This document shows positions 27,295 to 41,843 of a DNA stretch of 64,000 bases, piece after piece (position 1 is the first letter of the stretch; each line of letters begins with the position of its first letter). The notes beneath the pieces were generated by a model. The model was not told the DNA's origin and searched no databases. It saw nothing but the letters and a program-made list of their open reading frames with translations. The position numbers were made by a program, and so were the translations under genes. Source of the stretch: Phaeosaccion multiseriatum (Eukaryota > Protista > Ochrophyta, other classes); assembly GCA_965112735.1 (NCBI GenBank), contig OZ218955.1, forward strand, positions 744,001-808,000, given 5' to 3'.

Positions 27295-30200
27295 AAGAGG
27301 GAGAGAGGGAGAGACGGAGAGGGAGATAGGGAGGGGGAGAGAGAAAGAGAGAGAGCGAGAGAGGGGAGGAAGAGGGGGAGCGAGAGAGGGAGCGGGAGAG
27401 AGGGAGAGAGGGAGAGGGAAAGAGGGAAAGAGGGAAAGAGGGAGAGAGGGAGCGGGAGAGAGGGAGAGAGGGAAAGAGGCAGCGGGAGAGAGGGAAAGAG
27501 GAAGAGGCAGAGAGACAAGAGGGTCCGGCCGTGCGTGTTTGAGACGTTGTGTGTGTACGTCAAAGAAGTACGCATGCCTAACTTACGTGAGGTCGGCATG
27601 GAGATCCGCCTGCTGTGTGAGGCCCCCGCGCTGATCGCCTCGGATGACCTGGCCCAGAGAAAGGGGGGGGGGGTTGGATAGCAGTAGATGGCGGTATATG
27701 GCAGTAGATGGTAGTGAATGGCAATGGGTTCCGGAGGTTGTGGACGGTAGGTTACGGGTTGGAGATTGGTGTCAGACGAGGGGATAGGGCAAGGCGAGTG
27801 AGCATATGTAAGAGCTTACGTAGCATGAATGAATAACATGCGTTATGTACATACGTATGTACGTACGTACGTACGTACCTGGTTGGTGAGGGAGGCGATG
27901 CGCTCCTCCAAGAAGCGCTTCTCCTCCTTCTCGCGCATAAACTCCAGGCTGCGGGCCTGTACAAGAGGGGAGGACAAGTTTGTGGGACGATCGATCCGTG
28001 AGTGGTGGCGTTATGCTGACAGCAAAGACGACTGAAAACTGCCACTTGAATCAATCAAGGTTGCAAACTCCGATTGGACCGACAAGCTCCACTGACAAGC
28101 CCAAACTGAACAACCAACTGACCAACCACCTGACCAACTCACTGACCTCTAGTGCCCGAATGGCCTCCATCTTGTCCGCCTCGGCCCTCCTCCTCTCCTC
28201 CTCGAGCTGCAGCAACTGGCGCTTGTCCACCACGTTACGGCTCTTCTCGTCGAGCTCTGCTCTCAGGCGCTTCAGCTCACGCTCGTACTTGCGCAGTAGA
28301 GACTGATCCATGTCGTTATGACATACGAGGAGGAGGATGAGCAGGAAGAGAAGAAGAAGAAGAAGGAGGAGGAGGAGGAGGAGGAGGAGGAGGAGGAGGA
28401 GGAGGAGGAGGAGGAGGAGGCAGGTCAGGAAGGCAGTGGACGGTTCATTTGATCAGGTTTTGGTGGTGGAGGGGGGGGGGGAACGGCGGGGGGTGGCAAT
28501 GGTCAATCAACGGAGGGGGTGGGGATGGGAGGGTGCTCATATTCAACTAACGTTAACTTCAGGTGACGTTGGGCTGCTTCCCTTCCCGTCTCTCCCCTGT
28601 CCTCCCCTCCCATTCCCCTCTCCCGCCCCGCGAAAGCACTGTTCCACTTGGCACTGACCTTCTGATCAAGGTCCTCGTTGATGACGGGCTCGTTCTTAAT
28701 GTTCTTGGCTCTGTTGGCGAACTTGACCGTTGAGAGCGTCTCCACCATGCTCTCTAGGGCGGGGCTGATCATTGCCATCATCGTGGTCTTGCAGTTGCCA
28801 CCCAGGCTATCATTCAGAGGGGAGGGGAGGGAGGGAGGGAGGGAGGGAGGGAGGGAAAGAGGGAGGGAGGGAGGGAGGGAGGGAGGGAAAGAGGGAGGGA
28901 GGGAGGGAGGGAGGGAGGGAGGGAGGGAGGGAGGGAGGGAGGGAGGGAGGGAGGGAGGGAGGGGAGGGGAGGGGAGGTAAGGGAGGGAAGGGGGGGCGCA
29001 AAGGGATGGAAGGGTGAGCTCACGTCACAGCCTGGCGACGACCACCCGCAGTGAAAACCTCCGAATGCCAAATGTGCCCTGCTGGGTTTGGTGTGGGTTT
29101 GGCGCCAGCAGTAGCAGCAGCAGCCTTTATCCTGTAACCTCATCGCTTCATGTCACCCCTGAGTTTCAGTTTCACCCTCCCTCTTCCCTAACCCTAGCTC
29201 CACACCCACATGCTTCTACATACATGCGCCGCCTTCCCTCCCCATATGCCTCTACATACTCTCCCATATGCCTCTACATACTCTCCCATATGCCTCTACC
29301 TGTCCTCGAGTATGCGAGTGAGCTTGCTGTTTCGATAAGGGATGTGTTGTCTGCCCCGTGCGTCCGTGAGCGCCGCAATGACATTGCCCAGGGCAGACAA
29401 GCTCTGATTGATCTGTGAGGGGTGTGTGTTGGTGATTTCGTGCGCAAGATGGATGTACAAGTACGTATGCATTACGTATGTATGAGGAGGAGGAGGAAGA
29501 ACAAGAAGAAGAAGAAGAAGAAGAAGAAGAAGAAGAAGAAGAAGAAGAAGAAGAAGAGGAGGAGGAGGAGGAGGAGGAGGAAAGGTGCTCTATCACTAGC
29601 ACCACCCATTGCCATCCATTGCCATCCACTGCCATCCACTGCCATCCCTTACCTTCTTGCTCTCCTCGAGGCGCTGTCCCGTTGCCCCCGATAGCCTCAC
29701 TCTCTCGGACCCCGCCAAATCGACCAAGTTCAGCTTGCCTACCTGGGAGGGGGGGAAGGAGAGAGGGAGGGGGGGAGAGGGAGGGAGACAGAGACGAGGA
29801 GAGAGTATTAGATGGGAGAGGGAGAGGGAGGGGGGGGAGAGAGAGGGAGAGGGAGGCGGGGAAGAGAGAGAGGGAGACCAGCCCTCCACTCCCTGCCCTC
29901 TGCTCTGTGATGCCCGCTTCCTCTCTCCCCTCCCCCCTCGCCCCTCTCCCCTCCTCTCTCTCCGCTCTGCCGCCATCCTCTCTCCTCTGTTCTGCAGTGC
30001 ACTACTCGCCTTGAAGGTGTGCCTTAAGCAATTCGACATCATATGGGCAGCCTCCTGCCTCTTCATCCCCTGCGCAAGTAAGTTGCAGATCCAGTTTCAG
30101 TGTCAGTTTCAGAGTCAGTTGAGTGAAAGGGGGTCAGTTTCTGTTTCAGCTGCGCAAGTCCTACACAAGTGCATGTACGCATACAGAAGTACACGGATAC

Positions 30201-30395
30201 TTGCGTAAGGACGTACGTACGTACATACCTTCTGATTCAGCTTGGCCATGAAGGCCTCTTCCGAGATGTCATTCCCCTGCTCGTCGACGTAGTAAGACTC
30301 GCTCTGCAGGAGGGGAGGGGGGTTGGGAAGATGGCAGCCAATGGGCCAATGAAAATGAAGTGCGAATCCCCCCCCCTCCCTCCCCCTCTCTCTCT

Positions 30396-30427
<32 letters not shown>

Positions 30428-30925
30428 GATTGTGTTCGGTGGCGGGGCCTGGCCTCCCTCCGTAGTAACGCCACATTCTGAAACTGACACTGAAACAACT
30501 CACGCCGCAAAACCCACCTTCTCAACGATGATGATGAAGACGGCGTGGCTCCTGCTGCTGATCTCATTCATCTTTGTAGAGCCTGTTGCTCTCAGGAGGG
30601 CGCCTCTCTCCATAAGGCCGTAGATCTCCTGCGGTGACCGAACGATCCACTCGCTCAGGCCCTGGGGGAAGGAGGAGAAGCACGAGGAGGAGGAGGAGGA
30701 GGAGGAGGAGGAGGAGGAGAAGAAGGAGAAGGGTGAGGGGGAGAGAGGAAGAGAGTGGAGGAGGAGGAGAAGGAGAAGGAGAAGGGTGAGGGGGAGAGAG
30801 GAAGAGAGTGGAGAGGAGGAGCAGGAGGAGGAAAATGAGGAGGAGGATGCTGTGGAGGGAGGGAGGGAGGGGGGATAGACGGACAGACAAGATAGCTTGG
30901 AGGGAGGGAGTGACAGATGATAGAC

Positions 30926-30956
<31 letters not shown>

Positions 30957-33109
30957 CAGATGGATAGATAGACAGATCGACAGAAAGATAGATAGATGGA
31001 TTGATAGACAGATACATACACAGATGGCCTTGAGCTTGACCTCCTCACCTCCACGAAGACCCCCCTCTTCTTGTCCTCCCTGATGGAGAGGTGTCCCCTC
31101 TCGGGCTTGAGCAGGTCAGAGATTTGCTCGTTGTAGATCTGCAGATACGAGCCTCGCACAAGGAAGCGCATCTTGGGGGACGCGTGTCTGTGCAAGGGGC
31201 AGGGGGGGGAGGAGGCAGAGGAGAGGAGAAGGGGAGGGGAGGGGAGGGGAGGGGAGGGGAGGGGAGAGGAGGGGGAGGGGGAGGAGAGGAGAGGAGAAGG
31301 GGAGGGGAGAGGAGGGGGAGGCAGAGGAGAGGAGAGGAGAAGGGGAGGGGAGAGGAGGGGAGGGGAGAGGAGGGGGGGATGGGGCAGGATGAGAGGGGTG
31401 AGACACACCGGGAGAGAAAAGACAAAGGGGAAGGAGGGGAGGGGGGGAGAGGGATAGAGGGGAGGGAGTGTGTGTGAGAGAGAGAGACAGGGAGGTACCT
31501 TTGAATGTAACCGAAGATTTGCTCAATGGCCCTGGGGATGATGCCTCGGAGCTCGTCCGTGCCGCCGCTGAGGGTGGAGCCCTCCATCGTAAAGGTCTTG
31601 CCTGTTGGGGGTTGGAGGAGGGTGGGGGTGAGGTTCATGTCAGAGTCAGAGCCAGGGTCAAGTTGAGGTCAGAATAAGGGTCAAGTTGAGGTCAGAATAA
31701 GGGTCAAGTATTGTTATCAAAGACTAAGGAAGAGAGGAAAAGAAGGATACCTCTGTTCCACATACCCATCCTATTAAGTCAATAACTAATTCCACATACC
31801 TCCCCCCCCCTCAATCTAGCGCGCTCGCTCTCTCTCTTCGTCTCTCTCTCTCTCCGCTCATCCCACTCCCCTTCTCCTCTGCCCTCTCTCTCCCACCCCC
31901 CTCCCCCTCCACCCCCACGCACCTGTGCCCGTCTGCCCGTACGCAAAGACCGTAGCATTGTATCCCTCAAGCGAGCTGTCAACAACCTCACGAGCCGTCG
32001 TGTCGTACACCTTGTACGTGAGTGGTGTCAGGACAGTGAGAGAGTGAGTGAGTGAGTGGGTGCGTGAGTGAGCCTTCCTTCCTTCCTTCCTTCCTTCCTT
32101 CCATCCATCCTTCCTCCCTTCCTTTCCTTCCTCCCTGTCTTCCTCCTTCCTTCCATTCTTCCTTCCTCCCTTCCTCCTTCCTTCCTTCCTTCCTTCCTGA
32201 CTGACTCACCTTGCTCTGGCAGGCCGAAGGAGCGTACACGTGATCGAAAGTGAACACATGCATGCTGTAGGGAGTGCCTGACGCGGACACATTACCCTCC
32301 TGAGGGATGGCAGTGGATGGGGAGGGGAGGGGAGGGGACGAGAGAGGAGGGAGAGAGGGAGTGAGTGGGTGCGTGCGTGCGTGCGTGTACCATCATCCAT
32401 AGCCATACCATTGCACCCGTGATAAACCAAACAACAGCAGCGTCAGCTCCCGCGTCTCCTGTCAGTCCCAGCTTCAATTCATTCATCTCGACCAAGATAT
32501 CGACCAGATCGACAAAAAGTCGACACGTACCTCGTCCAAGACGGCCTTGAGGTTCTCGCTAATGGTAATGACGGTTTCGTCTCTATCCACAGACACAATG
32601 TTCTGGAAGGGCCGCTCGCCGCTGAGCTCTCGGGGGAGGGGAGGCCGTACCCTTAGCACCACCTTGAAAGTGAGAGGGGGGAGTGAGAGGGGGGGGGGGG
32701 AGGAGGGCATGAGGTGGCAGTAGAGGGGAGGGGCATGAGATGAGATGGCACGAGAGAGAGAGAGAGAGAGAGAGGGGAGTGCCTTTTAGCGCACAAGGCG
32801 ATGTTCAGGGCAAGTGTGTGTGTGTGCTAAAGCGATGTCCAGGGCGACGGGGCGACAAGCCTCTTGGCCGTCGCTATGGTCGCTTCGTTTCGGCCGTTGC
32901 TTTGCTGCTTCGCTCTGCCTTGCCACCGTACGCAGGACTTGTTGTGACCCACCTTGAAGTTTTTGTTGGCCTTGTCAACGGCGCCGCCCGCCCCGCCATT
33001 GGAGGTGACCACGGCCCTACTCTTGGCCGAAGGTGGCCGTACCTTTGGGCTGGGACTGGCTCTCGCTCCTCCTCCTCCTGCGAGGGGTGGGGGGGGAAGC
33101 GACTGGTAG

Positions 33110-33147
<38 letters not shown>

Positions 33148-33303
33148 ATGATAGGTGGGCCTTGAGCTTCCGCTTCCGGTACTTCCGAAGCTCGTCCTGT
33201 TGCTTCCTCCTCCTTCACCCCCTCCACTACCGCTGCCTAATGAAAGCCTCCCAGAGCCTTGCCGAGGAGAGTGTGAGCCATGCTGTTGCTGCTGGTGCTG
33301 TTG

Positions 33304-33348
<45 letters not shown>

Positions 33349-33501
33349 GTGCAGCCCCCCTACCGGACTGCTACTGTACCCACCCCTCTGCTGACCAGCG
33401 ACGGCGCCAAAGACGCCCACCCCTGCTCCTCCTCCTCCTCCTCCTCCCGCTCCCCTCCTTTGCCCGAGGAAGTCATCGTCGCTGCTGTCAACGTATTCCA
33501 T
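23147..33501 (-). CDS. Kinesin motor protein (N-terminal motor, long coiled-coil tail)
   Basis: More than 20 exons: [32 protein letters not shown] (P-loop), [28 protein letters not shown] (switch I), [11 protein letters not shown] (switch II), [30 protein letters not shown]. Stalk [16 protein letters not shown] and [22 protein letters not shown]. Ends [25 protein letters not shown]. One GC-AG intron (29743-30009). Confidence 0.93.
25715..25825. repeat. (GAG)n microsatellite, intronic
   Basis: Direct reading. Similar tracts at 21109-21173, 28360-28420, 29484-29580. Confidence 0.95.
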
Positions 33502-33912
33502 TCTCGCGTATGTCTGCAACAACCACTTAGGCGGGTTTGTTCGTGTACATCACACCGTACCGAGAAAAAAGAGGTGTCTCCTAATTCGTTAAGCGCCGCT
33601 TTTGTGTCTGAGGAAGACGGGCCCAGAAATGGCGGTAGCCCCCGCTCCCCCAAGAATATGTCCTAATCGCCGCCCACTTCTCTTTATATCCTTTGTATTA
33701 CTTTGCAACGACCTCCCAACTGTTGCTACGATTCTGGCGACGACGAATTTAGGCCACCAACGTGTGGGGCTGTTGGTCCATATCATAAATGGACACGGCG
33801 ACACCTCAGTAGCTCCCGGGCAGCTACACTTGGCCAACCCCCTCTGCAACTGGTACGTTGTGATGACGGACAGCGTGACCTCAACGAAAGATAGAGGGCA
33901 CGTCTAAACAGG

Positions 33913-35348
33913 ATGGAGGAAGGAAGCCCCCAGCTTGGAACCTGGAACTATCTCGACGGGCGATGGGTGAACAACACTCGCCGGAGGAGCGGAGCTGGCT
34001 CTCCCCCCCCCCCTCTTGAGCGCGGGGATGCGGCCTCCATCATCGCCAGTGATCTCGTCCAAGCGGGAGAAGAGGAGATGGCGAGCAGGTTGTCGATTTC
34101 GAGCATTGCCAGTGGTAGTAGTACTTGCAGTACGGAGCGGGAGGAGCTGCACAAACGGAAGCGGAGTCTGCACAACTCATCTCAGGAGGAAGGAGTCGAG
34201 GCTGAAAGCGATGGGGAGGAGGGATCGCCACCAGCGTCAGGACGGGACGAATTGTTGGGGGAGAGCACGCGTGGCAGGGGAGTACGAAGAGGGAGACAAT
34301 GGCAGTCAAAGGCAGCTTTAGCAGCCGCGGCAGCAGCTGCAGGAGCAGCAAGAGGAGGAGGAGGAGGAGGAGGAGGAGGAGGAGGAGGAGGAGGAGGAGG
34401 AGGAGGAGGAGGTGGAGGAGGAGGAGGAGGAGGAGGAGGAGGAGGAGGAGGAGGAGCAGCAGCCGGAGGGGGGGGGGGAGGAGGAGCAGCAGCAGGAGCT
34501 GAAATGCGGGACGTGGGTGTTACAGGCGGTGCAGCAGCAGCATTAGAAGCAGTAACAGGAGGAGGAGGAGAAGGGGGTGGTGGTGGTGGAGGAGAGGGGG
34601 GGGGGAGAGGAAGAGGAAGAGGAGAAGGAGGAGGGGAGGGAGGCGAAGAGATGCGCAGCAAATCTCGGCGCAGCACCAAGGGGGGTAGTAGCCCCAGTCG
34701 AGCCGCAGTACAGTCTCGTATTGAGGAGCAGATGCGAGCGGCGCGGCTGCTGCTGGACGAGGACGATGAGGACGACGAAGAGGAGGAAGAAGAGGGCGAG
34801 GGCCTCGGGGGGGGGCAAGGAAGAGGAGGAGGAGGAGGAGGAGGAGGAGGAGGAGGGGGAGGGGGAGGTGGCGGTGGTGGTGGTGGTGGAGGAGACACGA
34901 TGGACACGAGTGTCGGAGGGGAAGGACCGTCGGTCGGGGCGGGCGGCGCTGGTACATACGGTGGAAATAGTACGAGTACAGGTGCCGCTGTGCCTCCGCT
35001 CGGAAACCTGTCTTCTTCTTTCTCAACACGCGCCCCCACCATGGCAGTGGCCCCTCCCCATCAGCAGGGCCAGGATAAGTACAGTAAGGCAACGGAGGTC
35101 CTCCAAGGAGCGGATTTTGTCTCGCTGTATCGGGTAGAAAGGCAGCTAGGGGTGGGGGCCAGCAGCGTCGTCTATCTGGTGAAGGAACTGTCTACGGGAC
35201 AAGACTTCGCGGCCAAGGTCATTGACTTACGGGCGTTCAAGGTGAGTAGTTGGGGTGGTGTTGGTGCTGGTGTTGGTGTTGGTGATACAGCAGGAGGAGG
35301 AACGTATGGCGCTGTGCAAGCAACACTTGAAAACTAATTCGTCATGTT

Positions 35349-35406
<58 letters not shown>

Positions 35407-36489
35407 CCTTGTTGTTACCGTTACTGTTGGTTGGTGTGGTTGGTGTAGATGCACGAGAGCTTTACCTTGGCACGTGTCCATCGCGAGATGGACATCATGA
35501 AGGCGCTCCACCATCCCAATATTGTCGAGCTCCACCAGAGCTTCGAGACAGAGGCACAGCTCATCTTGGTGCTGGAGCTGGTCCAAGGGGAGGAGCTTTT
35601 CGACTCCATCCTCTGCAAGGGGGGCTACGGGGAAGAGGAGGCCAGGCCCATCTTCGTGCAGGTTAGAGGCGTATGGGCTTATGTGGATATATGGGCATAC
35701 GGGTGTAGGCATGCATATGGTAGGAGGCATGTACGCAGACAGGCATATGAGCAGGCAGGCTCCATGCGCTTCTACTTGACGCTTTGGTGACGGTGACGAC
35801 CCCTCCCTTCTCTTTTGCTTCGCCCACCTCGGTGACAGCGGATGAATTGCACAAGCTTGACTACCAAAACCGCAAGTTTACTCACTCTCTCACTCTCTCC
35901 CCATCTCTATGTGTTTGCGTGTGTGCGTTTGTCTTTCTCTCTTTCTCTCTTCTCTCTCTCTCTCTCTCTGTGTGTGTGTGACCCCGAATTTGCGACGCCA
36001 CACCAGATCGCCGCCGCTCTGCAATATCTGCACAGCGTCAACATCGTCCACAGAGACGTCAAGCCCGAAAACGTCATGGTCATGAAGCACTTTCTGCCTC
36101 AGGAGGAGCAGTTTCAGGGCACCGGGATGGAGGGTTTCCGATCAGTAACGGTGGCGAAGCTGCTGGACTTTGGCCTGTCCAAGAAGATCGGGGGCATGGA
36201 GGCCTCCACGGCAAAGACGTTCGTGGGAACGGTACGTAATATTACGGCAGACGGGTGGGGAGAGTTCGTACATACATCTCACATACACGCACGCTCCCAA
36301 CTTCCCCCCCTGCCCTCCCTCACCCCCCCCCCCTCCCCCTTCCACTGCCATCCCTCAGCCGTGCTACTTGGCGCCTGAGGTGCAGGCCAATGCCCGCCGG
36401 ACTTCGCCTCCCGTGCATTACGGGGTCGAGGTGGACTGTTGGAGCCTCGGCGCCCTTCTCTACGGTGAGTGTTGTTTCTCTCTCTCTGT

Positions 36490-36538
<49 letters not shown>

Positions 36539-37440
36539 CCTCACTCTTTCCCTCGTCCTCTCTCTCTGTCCCTCGCTCTCTCTCTCCCCGCAAGCTCCTC
36601 TCCATGTGAACCTCGCTGGTGCCCCCGTTACACAAACGCATCCCACCCTCCCGTGCGTATTCACTGTCCAACCCCCTTCGATACAAATGCTGCATTTATT
36701 GTATGTTGTCCCCTCTTCTTCCTCCTCCTCCTCCTCCTCCTCCTCCTCCTCCTCCTCCCCACCCCACCTCCCTCTCCCGCCGTCTCAGTCATGCTCTTGG
36801 CTCGATTCCCCGAGTTCGACTGCGAAGGCGAAGGGGGGGGTAGCATGCAGCACGTAAGCCTGGTTGGGCCTCTGTGGGCCCCCAAGAGTGAGGCCTGCAA
36901 AGATCTGATCCGAGGCCTCATGCGCTTCAACCCGGCAGAGAGGATGACCACCGCCCAGGCCCTGCAGCACCCCTGGGTCACCCAAGGGGGTATGTTAACA
37001 ACCCATGGGGGTGGTGTGTTGACCCAGGGGGGTATGTTGTCGGGTGGGAGAGGAAGCCAGGGCCCCCCGGGGAGCAGCAGTATGGGCAGTCCTGACAACG
37101 GGTACACCCATTCAACGGAGCCCATTGTACAGGAGGTGAAGACACCGACTGTTGACGGGCGCAAGGGCATGGTCATGGGCAGCGCCAGGCCCTTCCCTGC
37201 AGGAGGCGTGTCAGGAGGGGGCGACGCCAGTGTTGATCGCATGGAGCAGCACCAGTTTGGGCAGCTGCAGCAGGCTTTTGGACGGAAACAGCAGTCCTTT
37301 GGGCAGCAGCAGCAGCAGCAGTTTGGGCCGCAGCAGCAGCAGTCATATGGTCAGGATAAGGGAGGGCAGGAGGCCCAGAGCAATGTTTTCGTCATGGAAA
37401 TAGACTCGGAGGAGGAGCGGAGGAAGGAGCAGTTGGTGAT

Positions 37441-37473
<33 letters not shown>

Positions 37474-38687
37474 GCAGCGCAAGCGCACACATCCAGAGGG
37501 AGGTGAAGAGCCTGAGCTACCATCAGGGCTTTCACACGCCACTGCTGTGCCACCAACTGATACTGTTGCTACTGCTGCTGCTGGTGCTGCTGTTGGTGGT
37601 GGTGGTGGTGGTGGTGGTGGTACCGGCGGTCGTCCACACCCGAGCACAAGCGTAAACACCAGCAACACCAACACCAACAGCAACACCAACAGCGACACCA
37701 ACAGCAACAACACCAGCAACACAGCTAACCCAAGCAGTGCCTCCAGCCCGAGCACGACTTTGAAGCTGACCCCTCTCCTCCAACTGCACCGCAACATCGC
37801 CTCCGTCATGGAGCGTGCCGTGGACGCCATGGTGGACAGTCCGGCGGCGGCGTCTGCTCTCCGTCGAGCGGCTCAGCTGTGCGGTCAGAACCTTGCAGAC
37901 AGCGCCGTGCTGCTCAAGAAGGTGCAGCACACAGCCACGTCCGTGCTCGATATATTCCCAGACCTGCGATGTGAGTGAGACAGAAAGTCGAAGTCAGTCA
38001 GTCAGTGAGCCAGTATGTGAGTCAGTTCGTCGGTCAGCCCCATACCCCCCTCCCCGTCCCGACCCTTCTCTCTGTCCCCCGGCATCCCATCTAACCAACT
38101 CACCCACCCATCCACCCACCCACCCACCCACCCACCAACCCAATACACGGAACCACACGGCGGCTCTAAATATAAAGTGGCGGTGGAGGAGAGAGAACCG
38201 GACCTAGCGAGGGAGTTCTTCCACGCTGTGCAGGGGTGGCTCCGTGACTTATGCACATCTGTGGCGGGGCTGCAGAGCACCAACAGGGCAAGCACAGCGC
38301 AGATACACCGACTCATGGAGCAGTCGGTGGGTCTCGGCGTCGGTGACGGTGACGCTTTCAGCGTGGGGAACAGTCCGGAGCCGCTCCGAATCGGCCCAGG
38401 GGGAGAGGGGGAGGGCGAGGGAGAAAGAGGAGGAGGGGAAGCAGCAGCAGCAGCAGCAGCAGCAGCTGCTGCAGCAAGAGGTGGTGGTGGTGGAGGAGGA
38501 GGAGGAGGAGGAGGAGGAGCAGGCTCTTCCCTGCGACCCTCTGGCCAGCCACCCCCCGGCACAGTGGAGGCGAGCGTGTTCGCCGTGACACAAAGCGACG
38601 CGCTTCGCCTCAGCGTCCTCACCGGGGTGGAGCCTGAGCTGTTTGGGAGGCTTACGCAAGACATGTACCCTGGGGGACAGGCGGCCG

Positions 38688-38742
<55 letters not shown>

Positions 38743-40371
38743 ACAGAGGAAGAGCAGCAGCAGCAGCAGCGGTAGCGCCCCCCCTTGGGGCCAGCATCGC
38801 GTTGACAGTGGCGGTTCCACCATTTCTGTCGACTTTGACCTTGGTCGGAGGAGCGGCAGCAGTGGATCGGCAGGCAGCGGCAGCGGCAGCGGCGGTAGGG
38901 TGGAGAGTGGGCGGGAGAGTGAGTCGGGGAGGGGCGGTTCGGCGTTAACAGGAGATCAGGTTATTAATCTTCTCTTTACGCTACCCCGACCGGTGCCGAC
39001 AACCCCTGCAGCAGAGGGTGCAGGAGGGATGGACAGCTCATTTGAGCGCCTTGGGAGGGGTGGTTTGGGTTTGGACCCCTTAGCCCCTTCTCCTCTCGAA
39101 ACGACTCTATCCGGGGCCGCAGCGGGATCCTCGCTCGGAGAGGAGCAGATATCGGCTTCTGCACAAGCAGCAAGGGCAGCAGCAAGGGCAGCAGCAGCAG
39201 CAGCAGCAGCAGCACCGGGGGCAGCAACAGGGGAAGCAGTTGGTGATATAGGGACAGGGGGGGCGGTGGAGCTTCACCAATCGCTCTTGAGTCTGACGGT
39301 TAGTGGCGACGCTCAAGCTGCTGGGAGGGGGGCTCGTGTGTCGTCAATACCGCAGACGGGAGAACCCTATGCCCTCCGCGGAATGAGTGTGGAGGGTCAG
39401 GGTCAGGGGACTCAGGTGGGTCAGGGTCAGGGTCAGGGCCAGGATTCGCAGGGGAGTGAGATGCAGTTGGCCGTCTCACCCCAGCTCCAGGGGGGCGAGG
39501 AAATGATCCGACGGCGCTTGAGAGATGACCTCACTTACGCTCTTCGTCAGCTGCAGGAGGTAAGAGGAGACAAGGAGGAGGAGGAGGAGGAGGAGGATGG
39601 CAGTGGACGGGGAGGAGGGGGAGAAGCAGAGAGAGCCCCCCTGACGACGGCGAATCAATCAATTTATCCAATCCCCCCATCAACTAACAAACCAACCAAC
39701 CAATCAACCATCCAACCAACCATCCATCCATCCATCCATCCATCCATCCATCCATCCATCCATCCATCCATCCATCCATCCACTGCCATCCACCGTCCCT
39801 AATGCCCCAAATCATGCTAAGGTGGACTCGGTGCTGAGCCAACTCGCGCTCCTATGGGCCAACACGGAGATCATCTTCGATGTGCTGTTGAGGAAGGGGG
39901 TGCTCGTGGAGAAGTTTGTGGAGTTCACCCACAACCCCAAGCTGCTGGAGAGGTTCGAGGAGCGCATGAAGGTAACGAGTGTGTAACTGTAGAGCGTTGT
40001 AACTGTAGAGCGTGTATCGCCACAAAAATCACAGATCGACTTGAGCGAGGTTACTGTACCTACTTGCCTTTCTATCTGTCTGCCTACCGCCTACCTGCCT
40101 ACCGCCTACCTGCCTACCTACCTGCCTTCCTACCTGCATGCCTGGCGCTGACAACACACACACCCTTCCCTCCTCCTCCACCTCTCCCCTGCTGCCTCTC
40201 CTTCTGCCTCCTGTCTTCTCCCCTCCCCTCCTGTGCTTTGCCTCCTCTAACCCTCCCGACCATGCCCTACGTCCACCTTCACCTTCACCCCTGACCCCCC
40301 GACAATGACAGGAGTACCAGCACTACTGGGAAAGCCTCCGGCACATCACCACGGAGTATGTAACTTCGTGA
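33913..40371 (+). CDS. Ser/Thr protein kinase, CAMK group, with long low-complexity regions and helical C-terminal domain
   Basis: Exons about 33913-35241, 35449-35661, 36007-36231, 36359-36464, 36790-37970, 38178-39559, 39822-39971, 40312-40371. Motifs [77 protein letters not shown]. Confidence 0.9.
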
Positions 40372-40670
40372 TTGCGCTGAGTAGGGTAGGACAGGACAAG
40401 GCTGGTCAGGGCAAGAGAGGTCAGGGCCTGTCAGAGCGGAGGGGGGGCGTGCCGTCGCGGTTGGGGTGTGTGAATAGACAAGTGGACAAGATGATTGTTT
40501 GTGCTGCTTCGACTCTTCATGCTCGAAGTTGTAGTCGAAGTAGAAGGAAGGAAAGAAGAAGGAAGAATGAAGAATGAATGAGCCGCATAACATCGGAATC
40601 TGTGAGTAGACACGTTAGTTCTTCGTTTTTCCTTTTCCTTTTTCTTTCGTTCTTGTCTTGCTTGTCGCTC

Positions 40671-41769
40671 ATGCTTCCAGCCGCACAGGTGGGTGTGGTG
40701 GTAGGGGATGGAGGGTATTGCTCTCACAGCATCTCCTTGTCTCTTGTACATTGGTAGACTTCGATGATGGGTGAGGAGTTGATTCCCCCCTTCCTCTGTT
40801 TAATCATCCTCTGTTTAATCTCTGCACAAAGGACGAGGCCGGTCGTACACCGCTTTATCTGGCCGCGTGCAAAGGAGATGCAGCGGGTGTGGCGGCTCTT
40901 CTTGGCTCACCCGACCTGGACCCTAACGAGTGCGACGCACACGGCCGAACCGCCTTGCACGTGGCCTCGGAGGGGGGGCACACGAAGGTAGCGCTGCTGC
41001 TGGCCCGCCACAGCCGCACGAGGGTGGGTACCGAGGACGCATTTGGACGAGTGGCGCTGCATTGGGCCGCGCACAGACTCGACTTGGACTTGGCCTCCGC
41101 TTTGCTACAGAGAGACCAGGTGGGGGTAACGGTGCTTCTTGTTGGCACAGTCTATGAGGAGAGGGTGGGGCCTCTCACGGGTGTAGTGCTTGCTGCTTCT
41201 AACGGCTTGTCTTCCGCCTCCTCCCCCTCCTCCCCCTCCTCCTCCTCCTCCCCCTCCTCCTCCCCCCTCCCCCCTTCCCTCCTTCCTTCCTCTCCCCTGT
41301 GCAAGAAGACGTCGGTCGGTGCCAAGGTAATAAGCAAAGGCGGCTATTGACTCGCATCGCACCTTCCCGGCATGCACACGCATCATGCCACCCATGAACC
41401 TTTTTTTTGTATGCTTGCGTTTGCTGTTTTCCCTGTTCCTGCCCAACCCTACTCTTGCTCTTGCTCTTTTCTTGCCCTGCCCCGACAAGAGGAAGAGAGG
41501 AACCTCCAACACCCCCCCCCCCCCCCCCCCCACACTCTTGCTCTTGCTCTTGCTCCTCTCTTACCCTGCCCAGACGACAGGAGGAGAGACCCCCCTCATG
41601 TGGGCGGTCTGTGCGACAGGCAGCGACTCCGACAAGGTGGGCATGCTCCAGCTCCTCATAGACAAGGCAAGTGGCGTATGGGCAGGCACGTGGAAAGGCG
41701 TATGGACCAGGCAGGCGATGACTTCGTCACACTTCCATTGCTCGCTGACTTGGCCCCCCGCTTTTCTCT

Positions 41770-41843
<74 letters not shown>

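Noticed and set aside
26497-27681. 394-aa plus-strand ORF and other long antisense ORFs over the kinesin, kinase and GS genes
   Set aside because: Antisense shadows of GC-rich exons plus GA-rich introns; no independent motifs.
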